A DNA stretch of 64,000 nt from Candidatus Limnocylindria bacterium (GCA_038328565.1 JBBQMC010000001.1:4237-68236); one strand, 5' to 3'; shown: positions 42,001 to 49,776, numbered from the stretch's first letter. The notes: generated by a model not told the origin, from the letters alone. Program-made: numbers and translations.

Positions 42001-43905
42001 GACAGCACCGCCCTTCCCGGGGAGCCGCTGGCGATCGCGGTCGACGCGGTCGACACCGGCACGACCGATGACGACGCCCAGATCGTCGTCGTCACCGCGC
42101 CCGCCGCTGGCGGCACGACCGGAGCGCTCGTTGGCGTCGACACCCGCGAGGACGCGATCGCGTGGCGCATGGCCGGCGTCGTCTTCGGCGCCATCCTCGT
42201 CGGGCTCATCTACCTCCTGGGGGCCACGATGTTCCGCCGCCGGCGCATCGCGGTCCTCGCCGCGATCTTCGTTGCGGTCGACGGCATGAGCTACGTCATG
42301 AGCCGGATCGCGATGAACGACATCTTCACCGCGACCTTCATCGTCGCCGCGTACCTCCTGTTCTGGCAGGTGTGGTCGGGCCGATGGAGGGGCAGCGCAT
42401 GGTGGGCGCTGCCGCTCAGCGGCGTCCTGATCGGTCTCGCCGCGGCGAGCAAGTGGGTCGGCTTCTACGCGCTCGCCGGACTGCTCATCCTCGTCCTGGT
42501 GCGGTCGCCACTCGGGCGGCTGCTGCTCGTCGGCGCGATCGGCTTCCTGCTGGTCGTGACCGGCATCGACGCGCCGTGGCCGTTCCTCGTCGTGTGCGCC
42601 GCAGTCTTCGCGATCGCGATGGTCATCGTCTGGCGCTGGCCGATCCGGCTGCGCGGCGAGGAGCTGCTGGCACTGCCGGCGACCGGCCTCGCGCTGGGAG
42701 GCATCGGTCTGGCCTTCGCGATCGCCTACGGGCAGGTGGCCGGCAGGCAGCCGAAGGACGCGGTCGAGACGGTGTTCGCATTCCTGGCGCGCGGGGCGCA
42801 GGCGTCATGGCCGGCCTGGATCATGCTCGCCGTCGCGGCCATCCTCATCCTTGCGCGCGCCGCCTGGTCGCTCCGCGCCCGGAACGACGTCCGCTGGTGG
42901 GCCCCGGAAGAGCTTGGCGGCTTCTCGTGGCCGTGGGTCGGCGCGTGCCTCGTCATCGTGCCGCTCGCCGTCTACTTCCTCGCCTACGTGCCGTACCTGG
43001 CGCTCGGCCACACGATCGCGATCCCGAACGTCGGGCCCGGCTACGCGTGGTCGCTCGACGAGCTCCATGCCCAGATGTTCGGCTACCACTTCGGGCTCAC
43101 CGCCGGACATCCGTCGAGCTCGCCATGGTGGAGCTGGGCGCTCGACCTCAAACCCACCTGGTTCTACGGCCACAGCTACGACGACCGCACCACGGCGGCG
43201 ATCTACAACGGCGGCAACCCGATCCTCTTCTGGGCCGGCATCCCGGCCCTCGTCTTCGCCGGAATCATGGCCTGGCGCCGTCGCTCGCTGGCGCTGGTGC
43301 TCGTCGTCGTCGCGTTCGCCTTCCAGTTCCTGCCCTGGACCCGGATCGAGCGCGCGACGTTCATGTACCACTACTTCACCGCGGTCCTGTTCGCGATGGT
43401 GGCGCTCGCCTACGCCGTCGACGAGCTCCTCGTCCGCCCCGACTGGCGGCCGTATGGCATCGCCTTCCTCAGCCTGGCGGCGGTGGCCGGCATCCTCGTC
43501 TTCCCGCTGGGATCGGCGCTCGCAATGCCGGACTGGTACATCAATGCGGCCCGGGCGCTACCGCCGTGGAACTACGCCTTCCAGTTCCCCGGACCGCCAT
43601 CCGGCTCGCGCGCGCAGCTCGTCAGCAGCAACCTGCCGAAGCTCCTGGCGGGCCTGGCGGTCGGATTCGTGGCCGCCGTGTTCGCCCTGCTCGGACGGGA
43701 CACCTGGGAGAGCGAGCGCGTCCGGCGCGCCTCAGCGGCGGCGGGAGAAGGAGGCGACGACGATGACGAGGCCGGCGACCAGCAGCCCGACGGGCCAGAC
43801 GCGCGACCACGGGATCGCGGGGAGGTACTGGGCGGCGAGCGCCCAGGCCCCGACGACGATGAGGATGCCGCCGACGATCAAGGCGCCGCTCCCCGGTTCG
43901 AGTGA
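39073..43905 (+). CDS. Giant fusion glycosyltransferase: N-terminal GT-C module + PMT/GT39-type module carrying a ~355-aa inserted soluble domain
   Basis: Part of the 2171-aa track ORF; its first ~560 codons are antisense to the DUF2723 gene and are rejected. Module 1 has RIDIVDFAAW, DYPPGYLYVLW and VHERYLFP. Module 2 has FDEVYHARSAMEW, WTHPMLAKYLIA, SRIAMNDIF and ATFMYHYFTAVLF. Possible starts are ATG 39010, 39073 or 39088. Confidence 0.8.
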   Translation: MTSRPMRRPDARPFADGLPLDPGALLGVLILIGLLLRALIAGILLPTSGFRIDIVDFAAWGQRLASVGPGAFYDPSVFSDYPPGYLYVLWVLGIVGKLLSPLVGQDATAGLVKIPGILADAGVAWLLFSYGRRFLHRRFTLAGRSWSGGAVGLLAAAIYLFNPATIFNSAIWGQVDSVGTLIILGTLYALAAGWTEAAALGAIVALLVKFQYAFLIPIVAVVGIRRHLLGRSADPAHDDQRDPLRVLTSLAVGVGALVLLLAPFGMTVWSPNPDPNVSLIGKFGQAATTYEGLAINAINLWRNAWSGLGDTLQWGCDVPAVPPDLGCGGPGIAIAAGGLAVSWQLLGTLLFAAAALVAIWQVWRHDEPEGILLGSLLVAVAFFVLPTRVHERYLFPAIALGALLVLRAAPRLALTGTLLAVGAAVAVAIGLDVVPGFRLVGDGTWPAWFLLIFPLAAAAVALLLVRYGWAALFGLLTLSLTANALWVYTADWSFAGDPPMNPGFGGGAMDLGPFFDDVIWTDAALYLLGISIVVAFGWLAVRVARAALAPAATRAIELSAPVAAMPSPAAMPPLPEVAITNAREEDPLYREPRRRLDRLDALLLVGLVVFGLLFRLWRLDVPQAYHFDEVYHARSAMEWLSDWEHGWTRDTYEWTHPMLAKYLIAAGIVAMDPNNVRDTTDVASPGPAIAVAPARSFEQHPRSVTFTVEGGQIVARDALDGTELSRWSAGGAIASLAWDMTVQRLLAGRAEGGMVQAYDLAGYLTESGPRAPPPAGATWATTLGSVDQLVVSDDGATILSRGPDRIARLDPAGTTISASVELTTGGLAYLPKVETTAAYVLATDVRAGAVNVLDPATLQPAASREPLQPNSTPVGPILVQGSGADMQIWVPVGPQPGDPGAFPATGGGIAVFGHSFSLIGTTPLPGAPRQIAWEPVVNMVYVTGVTDDGASPVLWAVEPHGESGNAGQLRSGFSVWDSTALPGEPLAIAVDAVDTGTTDDDAQIVVVTAPAAGGTTGALVGVDTREDAIAWRMAGVVFGAILVGLIYLLGATMFRRRRIAVLAAIFVAVDGMSYVMSRIAMNDIFTATFIVAAYLLFWQVWSGRWRGSAWWALPLSGVLIGLAAASKWVGFYALAGLLILVLVRSPLGRLLLVGAIGFLLVVTGIDAPWPFLVVCAAVFAIAMVIVWRWPIRLRGEELLALPATGLALGGIGLAFAIAYGQVAGRQPKDAVETVFAFLARGAQASWPAWIMLAVAAILILARAAWSLRARNDVRWWAPEELGGFSWPWVGACLVIVPLAVYFLAYVPYLALGHTIAIPNVGPGYAWSLDELHAQMFGYHFGLTAGHPSSSPWWSWALDLKPTWFYGHSYDDRTTAAIYNGGNPILFWAGIPALVFAGIMAWRRRSLALVLVVVAFAFQFLPWTRIERATFMYHYFTAVLFAMVALAYAVDELLVRPDWRPYGIAFLSLAAVAGILVFPLGSALAMPDWYINAARALPPWNYAFQFPGPPSGSRAQLVSSNLPKLLAGLAVGFVAAVFALLGRDTWESERVRRASAAAGEGGDDDDEAGDQQPDGPDARPRDRGEVLGGERPGPDDDEDAADDQGAAPRFE

Positions 43906-44169
43906 CAGATTGACCGGCTTGCGGACCGCGGGTCGCAGCGGATCGGCCGATGGCGCATCGGCGGCCGGGGCGGCCGCATCGGTCCCTTCCTCGGGGATGA
44001 CGAACAGGAGCAACAGGTAGACGAGGATCGCGGCACCGTTCGTGGCGATCGCGAGGATCACCCATGCGATCCGGACCCAGGTCGGGTCGACCCCCAGCTG
44101 CTGACCGATGCCTCCCGCCACCCCGCCGATCATCCGTTCATGCCGCGAGCGCAGCAGCCGTCCGTTCAT
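43732..44169 (-). CDS. PspC domain-containing membrane protein
   Basis: ATG 44169 gives MNGRLLRSRHERMIGGVAGGIGQQLGVDPTWVRIAWVILAI...LVYLLLLFVIPEE (PspC domain), followed by two further TM segments. Confidence 0.8.
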   Translation of the reverse strand: MNGRLLRSRHERMIGGVAGGIGQQLGVDPTWVRIAWVILAIATNGAAILVYLLLLFVIPEEGTDAAAPAADAPSADPLRPAVRKPVNLSLEPGSGALIVGGILIVVGAWALAAQYLPAIPWSRVWPVGLLVAGLVIVVASFSRRR

Positions 44170-44450
44170 GCCGCCGATTCTCGCAGGTCGCCGCCCTTTT
44201 CTTGACACGCGCCGCGGGCGAGACGTAGACTGCCGCTCCGTCACTCGACCGAGGCCGCGCCTGCGTGCGCCCTCACCGTCCCTGGCGGACCGGCGATCTC
44301 ACCCATCTATGGAGAGCGGCAACTGGCCATGAATCTTCCGAACTGCGCATTCCCGCGCACCAAGGCGCCTACCAACGGCGTCGCGGACGGGAGATCTGCG
44401 CCCACCTCGAGCTGAGAACCGGCGGCAACGCCGCCAACGACAGCCACGAG

Positions 44451-44480
44451 CCGTGGGCCGGATCCGGACCACGGTTTTTT
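44451..44480 (+). terminator. Intrinsic-terminator-like hairpin plus T6 in the 5' leader of the ABC operon
   Basis: CCGTGGGCCGGA/TCCGGACCACGG hairpin (44451-44474) followed by TTTTTT (44475-44480). This is the only T6 run I noticed outside coding sequence. It lies 137 nt upstream of ATG 44618. Confidence 0.6.
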
Positions 44481-44617
44481 GATGCCCCAGTGGCGTCGCC
44501 GGAGCCGTGGTCCCTCCCGGGATCACGGCTCGTTCTGCGTCCGGGACGGACGAGCCACGAGGCCACCAGCAACCGATGACTGACCCGGCGGACGACGACG
44601 ACGATAAGGAGCACCGG

Positions 44618-45535
44618 ATGACCGGCGTGCTTGAACAGATGAATAGCGCACCGCAGCAGCGGCCCGCCTCGATGGCGGCCACCCAGCGGCGCCCGCGGCT
44701 TCAGCCGATCGTCGAGGGCGGGGTGCCGGCCCTTCTCGCGGACCACGTCACGAAGCGATTCGTGGTGGGCCGGAAGAAGAAGCCCGTCATCGCGGTCAAC
44801 GACGTGAGCCTGCGCATCCCGCGCGGCGAGATCTACGGGATCCTCGGCGCCAACGGGAGCGGGAAGTCGACGCTCATCCGGCTCGTCAGCACCCTGCTAA
44901 CGCTCGACGCCGGGCGGGTGGAGGTCTTCGGCCACGACATCGAGCGCGACGAGATGGCCGTCAAGCGCGTCATCAACCGGGTGAGCGTGGACGCGGCCTT
45001 CTTCAAGAAGCTGTCGCCCCACGAGAACCTGACCTACGCGGCCCGTCTCTACGGGATGGACGCCGGTCAGGCGAAGCGCGACGCGATCGAGATCCTGGCG
45101 CGCCTCGGCATCGGCGAGAAGCGGCTCAACCGGCCGCTCGAGCAGATGAGCCGTGGAATGCAGCAGAAGGTCGCCATCGCGCGGGCGCTGCTGACGAGCC
45201 CAACGCTCCTCCTGCTGGACGAGCCGACCACAGGCCTCGACCCGCGCTCGAAGCTGGACGTCCAGTCGTTCATCGAGGAGCTGCGGGACACGCATGACGC
45301 GACGATCGTGCTCACGACGCACGACCTCGACGAGGCGGAGCGGCTCTGCGATCGGCTCGCGATCATCAACGACGGCCGGCTCGTGGTGGAGGACACCGCG
45401 GACGGCCTCAAGGCCATGGTGGCCGAGCGGTTTGGCCTGCCGGCGACCCTGGAGAGCGTCTTCATGAAGTACACCGGCAAGTCGCTCGACGACGACATCG
45501 GTGACGACGACAAGGACGACGACAGCGACGAATGA
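44618..45535 (+). CDS. ABC transporter ATP-binding protein (DrrA/ABC-2 exporter type) with poly-Asp tail
   Basis: ATG 44618 is preceded by AAGGAG. Has GANGSGKSTL, MSRGMQQKVAIARAL and LLLLDEPTTGLD. The tail is DDDIGDDDKDDDSDE. Confidence 0.9.
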   Translation: MTGVLEQMNSAPQQRPASMAATQRRPRLQPIVEGGVPALLADHVTKRFVVGRKKKPVIAVNDVSLRIPRGEIYGILGANGSGKSTLIRLVSTLLTLDAGRVEVFGHDIERDEMAVKRVINRVSVDAAFFKKLSPHENLTYAARLYGMDAGQAKRDAIEILARLGIGEKRLNRPLEQMSRGMQQKVAIARALLTSPTLLLLDEPTTGLDPRSKLDVQSFIEELRDTHDATIVLTTHDLDEAERLCDRLAIINDGRLVVEDTADGLKAMVAERFGLPATLESVFMKYTGKSLDDDIGDDDKDDDSDE

Positions 45536-45759
45536 GACAGAAAGGAGGTGAGAACACCGTGCTGAACAGCCTGCCGATGCCGCAGGACCTCGTGAGCGTC
45601 AATGACGCGCACGTGGCGCAGCTGCGCCACGAGATCCGGGCCCGACGCAACCATCGGCCCGAACGCCGCCCCGTGCGGCGCTGGGTCGGTCGCCTGCTGG
45701 TCCGAATGGGCCAGCGCCTGGCGGCGGAGCCCGGTTTCCGGCCGGCCCGGTCCCTCTAG
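45532..45759 (+). CDS. Hypothetical Arg-rich micro-protein encoded between the ABC ATPase and permease genes
   Basis: Either ATG 45532 (ATGA overlap with the ATPase stop, 75 aa) or GTG 45559 (66 aa), which is preceded by AAAGGAGGTGA. GC3 is very high throughout. No TM segment and no recognisable domain. Confidence 0.45.
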   Translation: MRQKGGENTVLNSLPMPQDLVSVNDAHVAQLRHEIRARRNHRPERRPVRRWVGRLLVRMGQRLAAEPGFRPARSL

Positions 45760-45808
45760 TCGAGGGACTCGGGTCGGCACATCCGCCTCCCGACAGGAGT
45801 CCACTGAC

Positions 45809-46609
45809 ATGTCCCTGATGACCCGCGAGCTGAAGGCGTCGTACGCCTTCGTCGAGCGGAACTTCAATCTCACCCGGCGCTACTGGGCCTGGGAGGTCGC
45901 GTTCCTCGTCTACGCCGTGGCCGGCGCGCTCGCCGTGTCGCTCATCGGCAAGGACCAGGGCGATGACCGCCTGCTCCTGACGCTCGTCATCGGTGCCGTC
46001 TTCTGGAACTACCTGTCGGTCGTCTTCAGCTTCATCGCCGAAACGGTCGCCTGGGAACGCTGGGAAGGGACCCTGGAGTACACCTTCATGGCCCCCGTGC
46101 GCCGCTACGCGCAGATGGTCGGCTCGACGCTCTACGCGATTGCGTACGGGTTCGTCCACACCGTGGTCGTGCTCGCGGTGCTCGCCCTGTTCTTCGAGCT
46201 CGACCTCGCGCATGCGAATTTCGTGACCGCGGCGGTGTTCATGGTGCTCGGGTCCCTCTCGTTCATCGGGATCGGGATCATGACCGCCATCCTGCCGCTC
46301 ATGTACGTGGAGCGCGGGGCACAGATGACGTTCGTCCTGCAGTCGGTGCTGCTGCTCATCAGCGGCGTCTACTACAGCGTCGACATCCTCCCCGGATGGA
46401 TGCAGGTGCTGAGCCACTTCAGCCCTGCGACCTACGTCCTCGACGGCGTGCGCGCCGGCCTCATCGACGGGACGCCGATCACGGCGCTCGTCGGCGACGT
46501 CTGGCCGCTCGTGGTGATGGGCGCGGTCTTCATCCCACTGGGGATCTGGGCCTTCGGTCGCGCCGAGCGCTACGCGAAGCGGACCGGCAAGCTGAAGCGC
46601 GTCGGATGA
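45809..46609 (+). CDS. ABC-2 type transporter permease
   Basis: ATG 45809 gives MSLMTRELKASYAFVERNFNLTRRYWAWEVAFLVY. 266 aa and 6 TM, the typical ABC-2 (DrrB-like) pattern. Confidence 0.85.
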   Translation: MSLMTRELKASYAFVERNFNLTRRYWAWEVAFLVYAVAGALAVSLIGKDQGDDRLLLTLVIGAVFWNYLSVVFSFIAETVAWERWEGTLEYTFMAPVRRYAQMVGSTLYAIAYGFVHTVVVLAVLALFFELDLAHANFVTAAVFMVLGSLSFIGIGIMTAILPLMYVERGAQMTFVLQSVLLLISGVYYSVDILPGWMQVLSHFSPATYVLDGVRAGLIDGTPITALVGDVWPLVVMGAVFIPLGIWAFGRAERYAKRTGKLKRVG

Positions 46610-46724
46610 TGCCGACCGGAAGGATTGGACCAATGGATCGGCAGCAGCACGCTGATCTCACCCCCGGCCGCGCGGCGGATGGCGCCGCGCGGCACCTCAC
46701 CTCATCCACCATGGAGCCCGAGCG

Positions 46725-47753
46725 ATGACCACCTCTACCACGAGCCGCCTCGACCCGCCGGTCGTGCCCGGCCTCACCCTCCGCGTCCACGACGGGACGA
46801 CCGGAGTCGCCGCGCAGATGGCGCCGATCGCGCTGGCCGCGAATCGCGCCGATGGCGTGCAGTCCCACGTCGACGAGAGCGAGCTTGCGAACTGGCTCGA
46901 CTATGCAGGCGACCACTTCGACCCGGCGCGCGACATCGTGCTGGCCGAGCTCGACGGCACGCTCGTCGGCTATGCGTGGGTCGAGTGGGTCGACACGACC
47001 GAGGGCATGCGCGAGTTCCGGCTCGGCGGGTACGTGCACCCTGACCAGACCGGCCGCGGCATCGGCCGCAACCTGCTCGCCTGGCAGGAGGCGCATGCCG
47101 CCACGCTCCCCGCTGCCCTGGACGCCACCACGACCCTGGGCTACGGCAGCTGGTCGCCGGAGGAGCGCGCCGCGAAGCGGCACCTCTTCGAGCGCGCCGG
47201 CTACGAGGTGGCGCGCTACTTCTTCGAGATGCGGCGTAGGAATCTCGACGCCGTCGACGTGCCGCCCATGCCCGCGGGGCTCGAGATCCGGCCCATCGGT
47301 CATGATCGGACCAGCCAGAAGCAACTGTGGGACGCCGATGTGGAGGCGTTCCGCGGCGACCACTGGGGCGGCTTCGACGACTCCGACGCGAACTTCGATC
47401 GTTCGATGGCCGATCCTGACCACGACCCGGACCTGTTCGTCATCGCCTGGGACGGTGACGAGATCGCCGGTGGCGTGACGAACGCGATCTGGAAGGCCGA
47501 CAACGAGGCGTTCAACCGCCGTCGCGGCTGGCTCGAGACGGTCTTCGTCCGTCGTCCCTGGCGTCGCCGTGGCCTCGGCGCGGCGATCGTGGCGCGGTCG
47601 CTCGTCCGCCTCCGCGAGGCGGGCATGGACGAGGCGATGCTCGGCGTCGACAGCGGCAACCCGAACGGCGCGCTCGGCCTCTACGAGCGGGCCGGCTTCG
47701 TCGTCCATACGCGGTCGTACGCCCTGCGCCGCCCGTTCGAGGTGATGCGATGA
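46725..47753 (+). CDS. Two-domain GNAT N-acetyltransferase, MshD (mycothiol synthase)-like, paralog 1
   Basis: 342 aa. The C-terminal GNAT has VFVRRPWRRRGLGAAIVARSL (acetyl-CoA loop) and NPNGALGLYERAGF. Confidence 0.85.
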   Translation: MTTSTTSRLDPPVVPGLTLRVHDGTTGVAAQMAPIALAANRADGVQSHVDESELANWLDYAGDHFDPARDIVLAELDGTLVGYAWVEWVDTTEGMREFRLGGYVHPDQTGRGIGRNLLAWQEAHAATLPAALDATTTLGYGSWSPEERAAKRHLFERAGYEVARYFFEMRRRNLDAVDVPPMPAGLEIRPIGHDRTSQKQLWDADVEAFRGDHWGGFDDSDANFDRSMADPDHDPDLFVIAWDGDEIAGGVTNAIWKADNEAFNRRRGWLETVFVRRPWRRRGLGAAIVARSLVRLREAGMDEAMLGVDSGNPNGALGLYERAGFVVHTRSYALRRPFEVMR

Positions 47754-48760
47754 CCGTTTCGACGCTCACCATCCGCCCCTACGCCGGTGAGGCGGACCTG
47801 CCGCGCCTGGTGGCCATCTTCAACGCGGTCGCGGAGGCCGACGGGTTGCACGACCGCCGCTCGGTGGAGCAGCTGGCGGCCTGGTACGCGACCCCGACCG
47901 CGCACCTCGACCCGGGCCGCGACATTCTGGTCGCGGAGGAGGACGGTCGTCCCATCGGCTACGGCCGCCACAGCTGGGTCGACACGACCGATGGGCTGCG
48001 GGAGCACCGCGTCTTCGTGTTCGCGGTTCCCGACCGGCGCGACGCACTCGAGCCGCTGATGAACGCGCTCGAGGCCCGGGTTGCGGAGGCCGCCGCGGAG
48101 CAGGACGCCGCTGGCCCGGACGGCGCGGCGGGCCGGCGTCGCGTGCTCGGTACGTTCGTGCCAGACACCCAGGCCTGGCGGAAGGACGCGTTCACGCGCC
48201 GCGGCTACGCGCCGGTGCGGTGGGGCTTCGAGATGGTGCGCCCGAACCTGGACGCGATCGAGGTGCCGCCACTGCCCGACGGGCTCGAGCTGCGACCGGT
48301 GGAGGGTCGTGCGGGGCTGCGCCGGCTGTGGGACGCCGATGTCGAGGCATTCCGCGACCACTGGGGCGGCTTCGACGACTCCGACGAGGCCTTCGAGGCG
48401 TGGCTCGCCGAGCCGGACCTCGACCCGAGCCTGTGCGTCGTGGCCTGGGACGGCGACGAGATCGCCGGCGCCGTGATCAACGCCATCAACGCCCACGAGA
48501 ACGGGCTCATCGGCCAGCAGCGCGGCTGGCTGGATTCGGTCTTCGTCCGGCGCCCGTGGCGGCGGCGCGGGCTGGCGGCCGCGCTCGTGGCGCGCTCACT
48601 CGTCCTGCTCCGGGAGCGTGGCCTGGACAGCGCCGTCCTGGGCGTCGACGCCGAGAACCCGACCGGCGCCCTGGGGGTCTACGAGCGCGCCGGCTTCGCG
48701 GTCGTCTCGCGCGACGTCAACCTCCGACGCCCGTGGCCGCCGGAAGGCATGGACCGATGA
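47750..48760 (+). CDS. Two-domain GNAT N-acetyltransferase, MshD-like, paralog 2
   Basis: 336 aa, collinear with paralog 1 (roughly half to 60% identical by eye). ATGA overlap with paralog 1. Confidence 0.85.
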   Translation: MTVSTLTIRPYAGEADLPRLVAIFNAVAEADGLHDRRSVEQLAAWYATPTAHLDPGRDILVAEEDGRPIGYGRHSWVDTTDGLREHRVFVFAVPDRRDALEPLMNALEARVAEAAAEQDAAGPDGAAGRRRVLGTFVPDTQAWRKDAFTRRGYAPVRWGFEMVRPNLDAIEVPPLPDGLELRPVEGRAGLRRLWDADVEAFRDHWGGFDDSDEAFEAWLAEPDLDPSLCVVAWDGDEIAGAVINAINAHENGLIGQQRGWLDSVFVRRPWRRRGLAAALVARSLVLLRERGLDSAVLGVDAENPTGALGVYERAGFAVVSRDVNLRRPWPPEGMDR

Positions 48761-49776
48761 GCAGCGCCGTCGCCGTCGAGGTCCCGAATGCGCCGGCCAT
48801 CCCCGGCCTCAGCTTCCGCCGCCCGCGCGTGCCCGAGGACTACCCGGGGCTGACCGCGGTGTTCAACGCCATGGCGCGCGCCGACGGCCTCGAGATGCGG
48901 GTGACGACGGACCGGGTCGCGCACTGGTACGAGCACACCCGCGGCTGGGACCCGCTCGTCGACGAGGTCGTGGTGGAGGTCGAGGGTCGGATCGTCGGGT
49001 ACGCCGACGTGCGGCACATCCCCGACACGGATGGCACGAACGTGTACGCGGTCGTCGGCGCGATCGAGCCGTCCGTACGGCGGCGTGGCCTCGGCACCGC
49101 GCTGCTGCCGTTCAACGAGGCGCGGGCGCGCGAGCGGGCGATCGCCGAGCTCGGAACCACGGCTGGCGTCATGCTCCACGCGTGGGCCGGCGATGGCGGG
49201 CCGGGGGCGATCGCGCTCCTCGAGGGCGCCGGCTACGGCGTGGCGCGTTACTTCTTCGACATGGTGCGCCCCTCCCTGGATGCGATCCCGGAGATGCCGC
49301 TGCCGGCGGGCATCGAGGTTCGGCCGGTCGTGCCCGCCGACCATCGGCGGATCTTCGACGCCGATTCGGAAGCATTCCGTGACCACTGGGGCGGGATGGA
49401 CGAGTCCGACGCTGCGTTCGACCGCTTCTTCAGCGGTCCCGACTTCGAGCCCGAGCTGTGGCGCGTGGCGTGGGACGGCTCCGAGGTGGCGGGGGTCGTG
49501 ATGGTGGAGCGGATGCCGGCCTACGACGAGGAGCACCGGACTCGGCGCGCTGAGGTCAGCGGAGTGAGCGTCCGGCGACCGTGGCGTGGACGAGGCCTCG
49601 CGCGGGCGCTCGTCGCGGATGCCCTGCGCGGCGCTCGGGACGCGGGCATGACGAGCGCGACGCTGGGCGTCGATGCGGAGAATCCCACGGGCGCGCTGGG
49701 GGTCTACGAGGCGGTCGGTTTCGGGGTGGATCGCCGGAGCCGCGCCTACCGGAGGCCGATGGAGCGCACCGCTTGA
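48757..49776 (+). CDS. Two-domain GNAT N-acetyltransferase, MshD-like, paralog 3
   Basis: In-frame ATG 48757 (ATGA overlap) gives MSSAVAVEVPNAPAIPGLSFRRP. Has VSVRRPWRGRGLARALVADAL and NPTGALGVYEAVGF. Confidence 0.85.
   Translation: MSSAVAVEVPNAPAIPGLSFRRPRVPEDYPGLTAVFNAMARADGLEMRVTTDRVAHWYEHTRGWDPLVDEVVVEVEGRIVGYADVRHIPDTDGTNVYAVVGAIEPSVRRRGLGTALLPFNEARARERAIAELGTTAGVMLHAWAGDGGPGAIALLEGAGYGVARYFFDMVRPSLDAIPEMPLPAGIEVRPVVPADHRRIFDADSEAFRDHWGGMDESDAAFDRFFSGPDFEPELWRVAWDGSEVAGVVMVERMPAYDEEHRTRRAEVSGVSVRRPWRGRGLARALVADALRGARDAGMTSATLGVDAENPTGALGVYEAVGFGVDRRSRAYRRPMERTA

Noticed and set aside
44265-44746. Track ORFs of 104, 127 and 125 aa in the pspC-ABC spacer
   Set aside because: They have overlapping mutually exclusive frames, no RBS, and cover the hairpin/T6 element. 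The region is better explained as structured non-coding leader.
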